The notes: generated from the sequence alone by a model not told the origin. Positions 1 through 11,300 are shown, numbered from the whole stretch's first letter. The stretch: 63,673 nucleotides of DNA, filler included, from Gemmatimonadota bacterium (GCA_003697105.1; 5 parts of 5 records of this genome joined end to end with filler, not necessarily neighbours in it); one strand, 5' to 3'. Made by a program: numbers and translations.

Positions 1-120
1 CGCATTGCAACGTCTCTACGGAATTCCACCGCATTGCAACGTCTCTACGGAATTCCACCGCATTGCAACGTCTCTACGGAATCCCACCGCATTGCAACGT
101 CTCTACGGAATCCCACCGCA
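1..120. repeat. Tandem array of four 29-bp units (CGCATTGCAACGTCTCTACGGAATYCCAC) plus a partial unit; may continue past the window edge
   Basis: Directly visible; units differ only at one T/C position; no spacers. Confidence 0.95.
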
Positions 121-337
121 AGGTGCGGGAGCGAATTTTTGAAATGGTATATCGGGATTTGCTGGAGAAATCAAATTGATCTGTTGACCAAAGGCAGGTT
201 CAAAAAATATCTTTTAAATTTACCTTGACGAACCTTGTCATTTCGTTATTTTACGCCTACCCATTTTCCTTCCCCTGAAACCCCCTTGTACCCCGATTCT
301 CTTTTTGTTCCCGTTTTCAGATTGATGGAGGTTTTCT

Positions 338-3300
338 ATGCGCTCGCGGCATTTTTTGGCGTTTTTTTTGCTGATTATCCCTAGCCTTGCCCTCGCGGAT
401 TGGTTGCCCATTTACAGTGAAACACCAGCGCCACCGGTGACACTTGTTCCGCATTCGGATTTGGATAGCACCCGCATCGAAGTTGATATGAGCGGGGTGG
501 AGATCGGTGAATTTAATTTTTTTGGAGAGATTTACACCACCTTGACCATTCCTCAAACGGCGCGGCTTGCCCAAACCGGTGCCCCAGATGTTCCGATGAT
601 CTCCTTTTGGGTGGTGTTGCCCCCCCGTGCGGAGTACACCGTGACGGTTTCTCCCGGCGATTACCAATCCCTTGACGAGGTGAACATTCTGCCCTATTCC
701 GCCGATCCAGACTTCCGCTTTGAAGATTTTACCATCTACAACACCAATGCGTTTTTCCCGGATAATATACTGCGGGTGGGTGCTCCGGTGGTTTTTCGTG
801 ATGTACGCTATCTACCGGTGCAACTCATACCCATCCAAGCCAACCCCGTGACCGAGGAAGCGCGAATTTATGAGAATATCACCTTGCACGTGCAGACCAG
901 CGGCACCAATGGACTCAATCCCAAAACGCTCGCCTCCATACCCAATCGATTGTATGACGCGTATTACCAGCGACGTTTTATCAACTACAACGAAATTCGC
1001 GATGACCTTTTCCCCGATTTAATCGATCCCGATCCGGTTACCCGGCTATTGATCATCACGCCAGATGATCTTGCCCCCGCCCTGACCGATCTGGTGACAT
1101 GGAAAAACCGCAAAGGAATCCGTACGGAAGTTGCCACCCTTTCTGAAACCGGCACGATGGGCATTCAGATTAAAGGATACATTCAGGGATTGTATGATAA
1201 TATAGAAACGCGCCCAGATTATCTCCTGCTTATCGGCGATCACAATGTCCTCAATGGGTGGTACACCCCTGCCGGAGATGGGCAAGCCTATCTCTCGGAC
1301 AATCCGTATGCCTATTTAGAAGGGCAGGATGACCGCATGGATATGTTTGTGGGACGGTTGCCGGCGTTACCGTCGGTGTTGTCGGTACGTAATATGGTCA
1401 ATCGGGTATTACTTTACGAGCAAGTACCCGTCATTGATGAAAGTGATTGGCAAAAAAGTGCGACCCTCATCTGCTATCAGGAATCGTCAATGCCCACCAA
1501 AAATTACATTGCTGATGAACTGTGGGCAGACATCGGGCAATTTGATCAGATTGATCGCTTTTATGAGTCCTTTCAGGGTAATGAGGTGATCGCTTTGCTC
1601 AATACGGAGGGGCGGAATTTTCTTAATTACCGGGGTATTATTGATGATTATGATCTCTACCCGGAACTCATTAACCCGCAAGGGAAATTTCCCTTTTTAA
1701 GTTGGATTACCTGCGGTACATGCGATTACGCTACGGGGGATTTTTGCGTGCAATGGTTACGCGATGGCAGTGCCAATGATCCGGAAGGCGCGATTGGGGT
1801 CATTGGCGGTTCGCAACTCACATTTCCGCCGGAATATGCCCGCCGCCGCGATGCTCTGGACAAAGGCGTTTACGAAGGATTGTTTTTAGCAGAGCGGCAC
1901 ACGATGGGAGAAATGATCCTGTGGGGCAAAGATAACGTCCTGCTGGAATATCCGTTGCCGAATGATTTCTATACTCGTGATACCTATGATCATTTCTCGC
2001 TCATGGGTGACCCGACGGTCTCCCTTTGGACGGATGTTCCACAAGTGCTCACGGTTGAACACGAAACCGGCATTCCATTTGGGGTCTATGATGTGCCGGT
2101 AACGGTGACCAATTCCGAGGGGGAACCTGTGCCGGGTGCCCGGGTGACCATCTCCGGTTTGGAATTTGATGATGAAGCCCACTTCACCGCCTTTACGGAT
2201 GAGAGCGGTACGGCAATTGTGCAGACGAATTTGCGGGAGGTGGGGTATTATCATCTGGTAGTGACCGCGCCAAATGCGATACCGTATCAATTTGATGAAC
2301 TGGACGCGGTGCCCGGCATGGCTATTGAGGGGACCGTCATCCACGCGGAGAGTGGTGACCCTTTGGCGGCAACCGTCTATGTGACGGAGGGATTTTCCAC
2401 CACCGCAGACCCCGAAACCGGTTTTTACCGCTTGTTTATTGCAGAACCGGGCACTTACCGGGTTCATGCCGAATTGTGGGGATACACCCCGGCAGTGTCT
2501 GAGGAATTTACCATTGCCGAGGATGAGACGCTGACCGTCGATCTTACGTTGGAATCCTTCCCTACCGGCACGTTGCGGGGCTATGTCACGGATATGAACG
2601 ATTTTCCCATCGAGGGAGCGACAGTGCACATTTTACAAGAAGTTGAATTGCCTGACCTCATCACCGATGAAAATGGTTACTACGAAGTTGATCTACCCGG
2701 TTCCTATGCTTATTTGATAACGATTGAAGCGGAAAACCGGCTGCCCCGGGTGACCCTCATTGAATTGCCTATCGGAGAGACCGTTGATCTCAATGTTCAA
2801 CTGGCGGTCTATCAGGATTTTGAAGCGGGTGACGGTGGTTTTTACGAAACGCCCAATCGGGATTGGGAATACGGCGAACCGACCGCTGAATTTGGTCCAG
2901 AAGCGGCGCACTCGGGGCAACAGGTGTGGGGCACTGTGCTGGACGGTCCCTACAATCGAAGCCGGCAGTCCCTGCTATATACCCCCAATTATTATTTCCC
3001 CGATGATGATCAGATAGAATTTCATCTTTTATTTTATCAGTGGTATCTGACCAACGCCGGTTGGGACGGCGGGCAGATGCAAATCAGCACAGACGCCGGC
3101 GAAACGTGGGAACTTATTTATCCTGAAGGTGGGTACCCGGATGAGACGGTGGTGGGGCTTTCTGCGCAGGCAGGCTACACCGGCACCAGTGACGGTTGGG
3201 AAGAGGCTCGGTTTAATTTGGCAGATTATGTGGAACAATGGGTGACACTCCGTTTTCGGTTTGGGGCGACGAACAGCCAGCAACGGTTCCCCGGTTGGTA

Positions 3301-3658
3301 TATTGATGATGTGGTGATTTACGGGCGTGATTTTGAAGTCAGTGCCGACCTTTCCGGTTACCAACCGGAAATCCCCGCCAAGGTGGTATTGGCTCAAAAC
3401 GCGCCCAATCCGTTTAATCCGTTCACGACGATCCAGTACCAGCTACCAGACCGTCAGGCCGTCCGTTTGAATATTTACGATGTGCAAGGACGGCTCATCA
3501 CCACATTAGTTGACCAGACACAACCCGCCGGAACGTACCAGCTTGTTTGGAATGGCACCGATGCCCAAGGTCAGGCGGTTCGTTCGGGAGTCTATTTTTA
3601 CCGGTTGGATACCTCATCCGGTTTCCGCGCGAGGAAATCGATGGTTTTGCTCAAATAA
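338..3658 (+). CDS. Gingipain-like peptidase C25 family protein: propeptide, carboxypeptidase-regulatory-like repeats, jelly-roll domain, FlgD/T9SS-type C-terminal domain
   Basis: Signal peptide; GAPDVP propeptide motif; YLLLIGD, SDNPY, VGRLP and MGDPT C25 motifs; QNAPNPFNP...SGVYFYRL...MVLLK CTD; GGAGG RBS. Confidence 0.85.
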   Translation: MRSRHFLAFFLLIIPSLALADWLPIYSETPAPPVTLVPHSDLDSTRIEVDMSGVEIGEFNFFGEIYTTLTIPQTARLAQTGAPDVPMISFWVVLPPRAEYTVTVSPGDYQSLDEVNILPYSADPDFRFEDFTIYNTNAFFPDNILRVGAPVVFRDVRYLPVQLIPIQANPVTEEARIYENITLHVQTSGTNGLNPKTLASIPNRLYDAYYQRRFINYNEIRDDLFPDLIDPDPVTRLLIITPDDLAPALTDLVTWKNRKGIRTEVATLSETGTMGIQIKGYIQGLYDNIETRPDYLLLIGDHNVLNGWYTPAGDGQAYLSDNPYAYLEGQDDRMDMFVGRLPALPSVLSVRNMVNRVLLYEQVPVIDESDWQKSATLICYQESSMPTKNYIADELWADIGQFDQIDRFYESFQGNEVIALLNTEGRNFLNYRGIIDDYDLYPELINPQGKFPFLSWITCGTCDYATGDFCVQWLRDGSANDPEGAIGVIGGSQLTFPPEYARRRDALDKGVYEGLFLAERHTMGEMILWGKDNVLLEYPLPNDFYTRDTYDHFSLMGDPTVSLWTDVPQVLTVEHETGIPFGVYDVPVTVTNSEGEPVPGARVTISGLEFDDEAHFTAFTDESGTAIVQTNLREVGYYHLVVTAPNAIPYQFDELDAVPGMAIEGTVIHAESGDPLAATVYVTEGFSTTADPETGFYRLFIAEPGTYRVHAELWGYTPAVSEEFTIAEDETLTVDLTLESFPTGTLRGYVTDMNDFPIEGATVHILQEVELPDLITDENGYYEVDLPGSYAYLITIEAENRLPRVTLIELPIGETVDLNVQLAVYQDFEAGDGGFYETPNRDWEYGEPTAEFGPEAAHSGQQVWGTVLDGPYNRSRQSLLYTPNYYFPDDDQIEFHLLFYQWYLTNAGWDGGQMQISTDAGETWELIYPEGGYPDETVVGLSAQAGYTGTSDGWEEARFNLADYVEQWVTLRFRFGATNSQQRFPGWYIDDVVIYGRDFEVSADLSGYQPEIPAKVVLAQNAPNPFNPFTTIQYQLPDRQAVRLNIYDVQGRLITTLVDQTQPAGTYQLVWNGTDAQGQAVRSGVYFYRLDTSSGFRARKSMVLLK

Positions 3659-3684
3659 CTCTTGTTGGTGTTTATCTGAATCTT

Positions 3685-3722
3685 GCCTGTGAGCGATTTT
3701 TGGTGGCTCGCAGGCTTTTTTT
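3685..3722 (+). terminator. Rho-independent terminator
   Basis: GCCTGTGAGC/GCTCGCAGGC stem followed by T7, between convergent genes. Confidence 0.7.
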
Positions 3723-3735
3723 GTATTGAGAGGGG

Positions 3736-4803
3736 TTAATCTGGGAAAAGTGATAGCTGATATGGCGTCACGCGGCGAAAGGCGGCGGTGGAGAGCGTGG
3801 ATGAGCCGTTTTGTACGGTGTTTTTGATACCGTGTTTTTTGCACGTGGTGTCAAACAACTGCTGGATTTGGCTGGCAAAAATACCGCTTCCCTTAAAACG
3901 CTCCCCAAATTCCGAACGGTTCAACTGCCCCTTCTTCATGGCACGAATCCGGTTGAGTACTTTTTCCCTCCGTTCCGGGAAATGTTCCGCTAACCACTGG
4001 CTGAATAACGTTTTCATACTAAACGGCAACCGCACGAGGATGTAAAAAGCGGATGTTGCACCCGCGTTGCTGGCGGCTTCAAGGATGCGGGGGATTTCAT
4101 GGTCGTTAATCGCCGGAATGATGGGCGCCACGGAGACACCCACCGGGATGCCGACTTGCGCTAATTTCGAGATGGTTTCCAGCTTTTTGTGCGGGGCTGT
4201 GGTACGTGGTTCTAGGATTTTAACCACGTGCGGGTCGAGGGTAGTGATGGATATTTTGACCGATACCGCATGGTATTTTGCTAGTTCTTGTAACAAGTCT
4301 ATGTCGCGGGTGATGAGTTGGTTTTTCGTGATCAAGGCGACCGGATTACGAAACTCCGCCAATACTTCCAAACACTGTCGAGTCAGTTTCAATTGGCGTT
4401 CAATGGGTTGGTAGGGGTCTGTTGCGCCGCTGAACAAGACCGGTTGGGGTTGCCATGTTTTGCGGCTGAGTTCCTGCCATAGCAGTTTTGGTGCGTCTTC
4501 TTTGACCAGAATTTTGGTCTCAAAGTCCAAACCGGGCGATAGTTCCAGATATTCATGGAAAGGGCGAGCGTAGCAATAAGCACAACCGTGTTCGCACCCC
4601 CGGTACGGGTTCACCGATGCACGAAATGGGATATCAGGACTATCATTCCAACTGATAATGGACCGGGTCTGATCCCGGAAATAGCGTGTGGGAGGTCGAT
4701 GTTCTTCATTTTTTACCCATTCCAGATATTCCGGATCGGGTTCGTATGTGATCTCTGTAAACCGGTGTGCTGGATTTTGAGAGAGTCCTCGTCCGGGAAT
4801 CAT
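3736..4803 (-). CDS. PA0069/SplB-like radical SAM protein (putative DNA repair)
   Basis: NPYRGCEHGCAYCYAR CxxxCxxC motif, TDPYQP; C-terminal QLSLF. Confidence 0.9.
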   Translation of the reverse strand: MIPGRGLSQNPAHRFTEITYEPDPEYLEWVKNEEHRPPTRYFRDQTRSIISWNDSPDIPFRASVNPYRGCEHGCAYCYARPFHEYLELSPGLDFETKILVKEDAPKLLWQELSRKTWQPQPVLFSGATDPYQPIERQLKLTRQCLEVLAEFRNPVALITKNQLITRDIDLLQELAKYHAVSVKISITTLDPHVVKILEPRTTAPHKKLETISKLAQVGIPVGVSVAPIIPAINDHEIPRILEAASNAGATSAFYILVRLPFSMKTLFSQWLAEHFPERREKVLNRIRAMKKGQLNRSEFGERFKGSGIFASQIQQLFDTTCKKHGIKNTVQNGSSTLSTAAFRRVTPYQLSLFPD

Positions 4804-4829
4804 GGTATTTCTCCTATCGTGTCGTTGTG

Positions 4830-6263
4830 CTAAAGCCCGCTCGGACGCTCCTTACCCTCTTTGAGCTCGATTTTTTCGCTTCTGAGTTTTATGACACGGA
4901 TAATCCCCGCAAAACAAAGGGTAAAGATGACTCCCGGCAGCCATAATTCTGGTGTTGTTTTTTCTTCGATCAGAATCAATAGGAGTGAATTTGCGGGGTT
5001 TAATTGGCTTAGGTAACTCAGAGCGGGTCCGGCAGTCAGCACGATTTTGAACCCTAGGATAAATAGGGTTGCCGCACAAACAAGACCTAGGGTAGCGGCG
5101 TAAAGTTGGCGGTGCCATGTTTTACGGGGGAGTTTTTTAAAAATCAACCCGGCGAGTTCACCGATGGTTTTCAACCACAGAAATAGGATGAGATGAATCA
5201 GGAAGATAATCGCCACCTGCGGTGGCGTTATGTCGTTTTCCCGAAGGGTGATCAGGTAAGCCGGTATGGTTGTGACCAACATGGCGATTTGAATCCATTG
5301 TAAGCCATAATTAAAGGAATCCGAAGGCGGGGACTTGGGCTTGAATATTTGTTCTAACCGGCTCATTTCACCCCATGGCGGACGGTAATATCCTAAATCA
5401 ATCAACGTTAATATGTTCAGTAAAAAGCTCCCGCCGATGGTGATTATCAGTAAGATTATTCCCTCAACATTTGGTCCTAAGGTGATTTGGAGGGCGATTA
5501 GGAAAAGCACGGAGGTAACGAGCGTTTGGATATACGAGAGGTACGGTTTTTCGCGATTATAAAATTTATTGGCGGCAATTGTGAGGAATAATCCTGTACC
5601 GGAAACGGCAATCAGTGGGGTTATCACGTAAAATGTGAGTATCTCGTTATAGGTACTCTGGTATATCATAATAAGCCAATACATGAAGAATGAAAGGAAC
5701 ATGCTCAAACCGATGGCATTACCATTTGCCTTTGTGGTTTGTACCGTCAAAACGGAGGCAAATAGCCCTAAACTGGTAAATAGGCTTGTGATGAGCAACA
5801 GTCCAAGCAGAGCTTGAGCGATATCCGCCGGCGAGATTCCCCCCATCATCACGCTCAAAAACATCAGGGGTAAGGTGGTGAGTACCATCAATAGGGTAAA
5901 TGCGGTTTGTCCGGTTAAATGCCCCAGCATGAATTGAAGTGGGGTCAACGGGGTGAGTTGTAACATCTCCAGAGTTTGTTTTTCCCGTTCGGCGGTGACG
6001 GAACTGGCGGTGGAGAGGGGAGAGAGCACTAACACCAGCAGACCTTCTGTGACCATCAATGCAAAAAAAGTTAATTGTCCCAGTTCCGTCATTTGGTAGT
6101 GGGGCTGGTTCCCTTTCCAATTGGGGTGATTGAGGGCAAAGACGATCATCCAGATGGCACAGATGATACTTAGAAATGTCAGGAGTGTCCAGAGAGACTT
6201 TGCGCCCCGTAGTCGAGAGCGGATGAGGTGCTGGTAAACCGGATTTTCTAACCAGAATTTCAT
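4830..6263 (-). CDS. Multi-pass membrane protein, ABC-2 permease-like
   Basis: Many hydrophobic segments; SVTAEREKQTLEMLQLTPL motif; ATG at 6263 preferred over TTG at 6314. Confidence 0.7.
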   Translation of the reverse strand: MKFWLENPVYQHLIRSRLRGAKSLWTLLTFLSIICAIWMIVFALNHPNWKGNQPHYQMTELGQLTFFALMVTEGLLVLVLSPLSTASSVTAEREKQTLEMLQLTPLTPLQFMLGHLTGQTAFTLLMVLTTLPLMFLSVMMGGISPADIAQALLGLLLITSLFTSLGLFASVLTVQTTKANGNAIGLSMFLSFFMYWLIMIYQSTYNEILTFYVITPLIAVSGTGLFLTIAANKFYNREKPYLSYIQTLVTSVLFLIALQITLGPNVEGIILLIITIGGSFLLNILTLIDLGYYRPPWGEMSRLEQIFKPKSPPSDSFNYGLQWIQIAMLVTTIPAYLITLRENDITPPQVAIIFLIHLILFLWLKTIGELAGLIFKKLPRKTWHRQLYAATLGLVCAATLFILGFKIVLTAGPALSYLSQLNPANSLLLILIEEKTTPELWLPGVIFTLCFAGIIRVIKLRSEKIELKEGKERPSGL

Positions 6264-6276
6264 AGGGAAAAAGTCC

Positions 6277-6305
6277 TTGACAGGGGTTTTGATTCGCGTT
6301 ATTAT
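6277..6305 (+). promoter_or_regulatory. sigma70-type promoter of rpsT
   Basis: TTGACA-N17-TATTAT. Confidence 0.75.
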
Positions 6306-6365
6306 TAGCGCCAATTTTGGCTGAATCAGTATTTTAAGTTACTTATCGCAGGAGTTCAGACGGCT

Positions 6366-6620
6366 ATGCCTCACCACAAATCCGCAATTAAACGTGTTCG
6401 TCAAAGTAAGAAGCGCCGGGAGCGTAACCGGATGGAGCGTTCCGCTGTTCGCACGGCGATTAAAGCTGTGCGCAAGGCGACCACCAAAGAAGATGCTCTG
6501 AACGCGCTACCGCGAGCATATTCCGTTTTGGATAAAGCGGTCAAGCGCAATTTGATCCATGCTAATACGGCGGCGCGGCATAAATCTCGCCTGACGCGGT
6601 ATGTCGAAAAGCTTGGTTAG
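6366..6620 (+). CDS. rpsT: 30S ribosomal protein S20
   Basis: MPHHKSAIKRVRQS...IHANTAARHKSRL. Confidence 0.98.
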   Translation: MPHHKSAIKRVRQSKKRRERNRMERSAVRTAIKAVRKATTKEDALNALPRAYSVLDKAVKRNLIHANTAARHKSRLTRYVEKLG

Positions 6621-6646
6621 CTCCCTATGTGTTATTGATTGGCTTC

Positions 6647-6680
6647 AAATCCGGTTTCGTATCCGAAATCGGATTTTTTA
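6647..6680 (+). terminator. Rho-independent terminator after rpsT
   Basis: AAATCCGGTTTCG/CGAAATCGGATTT stem plus T-tract. Confidence 0.75.
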
Positions 6681-6754
6681 TTGGCATGGGCTAACTTAGT
6701 ATTTCCTTTCGGGGGAATCAACCCCTTTTCGGGTTTGTCGTGTCAAAAAATAGC

Positions 6755-6783
6755 TTGACAGTGCCTTGGATTTCGGATAGTAT
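6755..6783 (+). promoter_or_regulatory. sigma70-type promoter
   Basis: TTGACA-N17-TAGTAT. Confidence 0.7.
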
Positions 6784-6853
6784 CGTCACTGTCTTTGTCT
6801 AATTTTATTATTTTTCGTTGTTTCCTATTTTTATCGATTCAAAGGAGGTTTCA

Positions 6854-8113
6854 ATGAAACGCCATGTGGTCGTGTTTTCCGGTTTAGTTTTTGTTATGGC
6901 GGTTTTTTGGGCGTGTGGCGGCTCTGCTTTTCTGACCGGAGCTAAAGTCGCTTTGCAGGAAAATCCACCAAATTATGAACGGGCGCTGAAGAATCTGGAA
7001 AAGGCGGAACAGCAGACCCCTGATGATTATGAAGTGCATAAACTGTTGGCAGAGGTCTATTTCCGGCGTCCGGCAGTGGGAGATGCCGGTAAAACCGCGG
7101 ATTATGAAAAGGCAGAACAAGCGTTTGCTCGGGCAGCAGAACTTGCACCGCCGGAAAAGAAAACGGATATTGCCAAAGCTCGTTTTGCCGTTGCCCAGCG
7201 GTTATTGGCGGCACAAAATTTTGAAGCCGCTTTGCGCGTCATTGAAAATGTTGATGTCACGTGGGAAGCCGATCCGGGTGAGTATTATAATGTCGGCTTG
7301 TTGTATCTGAGTTTAGCCCAAGAACAAGATGATGACGCCGTTAAGCAAAGTTATATTGATAAATCTTGTGGGGCATTCCAAAAGGGTGTCGATCAGGTTG
7401 AGCCTAAGGTACAAGCATTTATGAAGAACGCCCAGCGCGATCCGGATGCAGAAAAAGAGCTAAAGGATATGGCAGCTCAACTGTGGAGCGGGTTGGGTCA
7501 ATGTAAAATTGCGAAAGGTGAACTCGATAATGCTATCGCTGCTTATGAAAAAGCCATTGCCTATTCCCCAGATAATGAGATGTATGGGAAGACCATGAAG
7601 AGTTTACAAGCCAATAAAGGTGATGAGCTTATTGAAGCCGGTAAGTGCGATGAAGCTATTGCGTTTTATGATGGTCTCCTTGCCGAAGACCCGCAAAATG
7701 TGGATATTCTTTATTATAAGGGGAAAGCGCATTTGTGTGCCGATGACTTTCCGAGTGCCAAAGCGGCGTTTGATCAGGCGGTGGCGTTGGCTCCGGATGA
7801 TTTAATGCTTTTGGGCGACCTCTCTAATATTTATATTCAGGAAAAGAAGTATGAAGCCGCCCGCGATGTGACACTCAAATTAAAAGAGCAGAAGCCCGAT
7901 GAACCGGCAATTATCTTCAATTTGGGGCTTATTTGCAGTTATGCAAAAGATTGGCAATGCGTTGTAGATAACATGAGCCAATATTTAAGCATGATTGATA
8001 AGGATGATTGCGATGCGCATGATTTTATGGCGGCGGCTTACCGCCAATTAGGTCAGGATGATGAAGCCGTAACTGCCGCCCAAAAAGCGGCAGATTGCCG
8101 TGAAGCACAATAG
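6854..8113 (+). CDS. Tetratricopeptide-repeat lipoprotein
   Basis: AAGGAGG RBS before ATG 6854; lipobox-like FWAC; repeated TPR patterns (AIAAYEKAIAYSP, AFDQAVALAP). Confidence 0.85.
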   Translation: MKRHVVVFSGLVFVMAVFWACGGSAFLTGAKVALQENPPNYERALKNLEKAEQQTPDDYEVHKLLAEVYFRRPAVGDAGKTADYEKAEQAFARAAELAPPEKKTDIAKARFAVAQRLLAAQNFEAALRVIENVDVTWEADPGEYYNVGLLYLSLAQEQDDDAVKQSYIDKSCGAFQKGVDQVEPKVQAFMKNAQRDPDAEKELKDMAAQLWSGLGQCKIAKGELDNAIAAYEKAIAYSPDNEMYGKTMKSLQANKGDELIEAGKCDEAIAFYDGLLAEDPQNVDILYYKGKAHLCADDFPSAKAAFDQAVALAPDDLMLLGDLSNIYIQEKKYEAARDVTLKLKEQKPDEPAIIFNLGLICSYAKDWQCVVDNMSQYLSMIDKDDCDAHDFMAAAYRQLGQDDEAVTAAQKAADCREAQ

Positions 8114-8144
8114 ATTAATGTTGAAACCGGTTTGTTCAAATGGG

Positions 8145-8182
8145 ACAGAGGTTTATCCGTGAGGGTAAACCTCTGTTTTTTT
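8145..8182 (+). terminator. Rho-independent terminator
   Basis: ACAGAGGTTTATC/GGTAAACCTCTGT stem plus T-tract. Confidence 0.8.
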
Positions 8183-8249
8183 GGCAAAACCTCTGATTAA
8201 TAGCGCTTTTCCTGAGCGTTTTACTGCTTCCAACGTCTCAAAAAAACAG

Positions 8250-8278
8250 TTGACAAGCATTCACCTTTATTGTACAAT
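8250..8278 (+). promoter_or_regulatory. sigma70-type promoter of the TBDR operon
   Basis: TTGACA-N17-TACAAT. Confidence 0.8.
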
Positions 8279-8394
8279 GCAAAACGCTTCTGGTTGATAT
8301 TGTTAGGTTTGGAAACAGAACGGTATATCATTTTCTGAAAAATCAACGTCATTATTTAAAGCTTTTACTGCCTTCAAGGGAAAGGGGATACTTC

Positions 8395-11300
8395 ATGAGA
8401 ACCAAATCGTTGCTATTCGTTTTGGTTGTGAGTGTAGCACTCATTTTCGTATCAACGCCAATCGTTTTTGCCCAAACGGGGAAGATTACCGGGAGGGTGA
8501 TTGATAAAGATACCGGTGAGCCGCTCTGGGGTGCCAATGTGACCGTTGTAGGTACCGGAAAAGGAGCAATGGTTAACGAGGATGGGTTATATACCATCTT
8601 TATTCGCCCGGGCACGTATGATGTTCAAGTCAGTTTCATCGGTTATTCACCTCAAACCAAAACCGGTGTGCTGGTTAAACTGGACTTGACGACAGAACTC
8701 AATTTTGAAATGAGTCAAGGCGCGATTGACTTGGATATTGTGATCGACGTGAGTGGGCAACGGGATATGATCCAAAAAGATATTACCAGTAGCGAATCTC
8801 GTATTGGTGCCGAAGAGATTACCAATATGCCGGTGGCAAATTTCCAAGATATTTTAGCGTTGACCGCCGGTGCAAAGGAAGATGCTAGTGGAGACCTTCA
8901 CTTTCGGGGTGGGCGTACCGGCGAAGTCCTCTACAATGTAGATGGAATGTCTGTGCGGGATGTCCAAAGTAACGATGCGGGTTTGCAACCCAGTAACAAT
9001 GCCATTGCGGAAGTCGTGGTGATTTCCGGAGGGTTCCCCGCAGAGTTTGGAAATGCCCAATCTGCCGTGGTGAACGTCGTCACCAAAGAAGGGAGTGTGA
9101 AGCGGTATACCGGAGGTTTGGAGTATCGCACGGATGATTTTGGTAATCCAAATGCGGACTATTCCTGGAATTCCGATGTGGTGAATTTTAACTTTGGGGG
9201 TCCGGAGCCACTAACCCAGCAAATTTTGCCCTCCTTGGGTTTTGATCTACCCGGCGATGTGACGTTTTTCCTCTCCGGCGAGGGGCAGTTTACCAATGGT
9301 TATGTGGAGTATGATAATTACCCCTACGCTTCCCAAAATATTTTCGGTATTGATTTTACGGATCGCCGCCAAAACTTCTTCAATTTAAGTTCTAAGCTTG
9401 CTTACCAGATTACCCCCAAACACAAACTCACATACAGTTATAACTCGCAACGTCAAAAATATTATGGGTTTGACCGTCCTTGGAATTGGATTTCCTACCT
9501 TCAAGAAAACGGTGACGGCGTTGATGGAAATGCCGGGGGTCTTTCTGGCGGTGTGGGTGGTACGACGATATTCGGACCCACATTGGGCTATCCCCGCGAT
9601 AATGATGGCGAGGATGATGATGGTAATCCCAATACCCCGGCGCGGGCGGACGGAATTGATAATGACGGTGATGGCCTGATTGATGAAGGTATTGATGAAG
9701 AATTACCCAATGGTATCGATGATGACGGGGATTGGGTGCCGTTTAGTGATTGGAATGGGAACGGAGTCCTCGATTATGTGGACTACAACGGGAACGGTAT
9801 TTTTGATAATGGCATCGACCGGCAATTAGAACCGTTAAATTCGGATTGGAATGGAAACGGTGTCCCCGATTATGATTGGGATGGTTATGGTACCGCCTAT
9901 GAAAATCGGGTTTTGTATGATGCCAATAGCGATCAGGATATGTTCTGGGATCCGGAACCCGGTATTGATGAGGACTTGAATAGCTATTATATGTTCGACC
10001 CTTATACCGGTGAACAGTACAATCCCACGATCCATAACAATTATGTGCATACAAACAGCAATCTTCATACGTTGGAATGGAGCCATACCCTAAGTTCCAA
10101 TACGTTCTATAAAATTCGGGCTTCCCGGTTCAACAAAGTGACGTGGAGCGATACCCAAGGTAAAGAACCGTGGCAGTATGTGGCGCGTCAGCCGTTTAGT
10201 AGTAGTGAAGGTTATCGTTTTGCTGGTGATGACTTGTTCTGGACACGAGATGGACAAACTACCTATACCTTCAAAGCGGATATCACGAGCCAAGTTGTGC
10301 CCAAATATCATCAAATGAAAAGCGGAATTGAAATCGAATATTTTGATATTTGGGATAATCAAATTCAATATCCGTATGATTATCACTTTGGGCAAGAAGA
10401 CCCTGGTGCCCCGTACCAGTATTGGGGAAATTACCGGTATTTCTGGCATGTTTATTCGTGGGCAGGTGCAGCGTATGTCCAGGATAAAATGGAATTTGAG
10501 GGCATGATCGTCAATGTGGGTATCCGTTATGACTTTTGGGATGTGGGTAAACAAGCTGCTCGTGAAACGACCGCCAGAGATGTTGATGGGGATGGTCGCC
10601 AAGATTCCGCATATGATTTTGATGGCGATGGTATTGACGACCCTATTTACGCTTTGGATCGAAATCTTGATGGTGAAGTCAGTTTTAGTGAACGTATTCA
10701 CGACCAAATTAGTCCCCGAATTGGTATCTCCCATCCCATTACGGATAAAGATAAATTGTTCTTCTCTTACGGTCACTTTTCGCAACGTCCGAAAATGCGG
10801 CAAGTTTACACCAAACCGAGCAATACGGGAGATATTCCATTGCGCGGTAATCCGCAACTTGGCCCGGAAAAGACCGTGCTGTATGAGCTAGGTGTTGAAC
10901 ATGCTTTTAATGACCGCGTGTTAATGAAAATCACGGGCTTTTACAAAGATATTACCGATTTGGTGAATACCCAGCAAGTTATTGTGCCGCCATTTACGTA
11001 TAGTGAATATGTCAATTCGGCATATGGTGGCGTACGGGGGTTTGAGCTCTCATTCACCAAGCGTTACAGTAATTACACGGCGGGATTCTTCAATTATACC
11101 TATTCCATTGCCAGTGGGAATGCCTCCAGTGACCGTCAGGGGTATGACTTCCAGAATCGCGGTGTTGAATTGCCTTTGAGCGAGAGCGCCTTGGATTGGG
11201 ATGAACGGCATACGATTACCACAAATTTTGATTTTCGGGTACCGAAAGATGAGCCGCCGACGGTTTTTGGGGTGACACTCCCGGATGATTGGGGAATGAA

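Noticed and set aside
1-120. 29-bp repeats as a CRISPR array
   Set aside because: Units are contiguous with no unique spacers, and no cas genes are present
1886-2629. Long antisense ORFs (also 10090-10857, 20742-21464 and others)
   Set aside because: Shadows of well-supported genes on the opposite strand, with no motifs of their own
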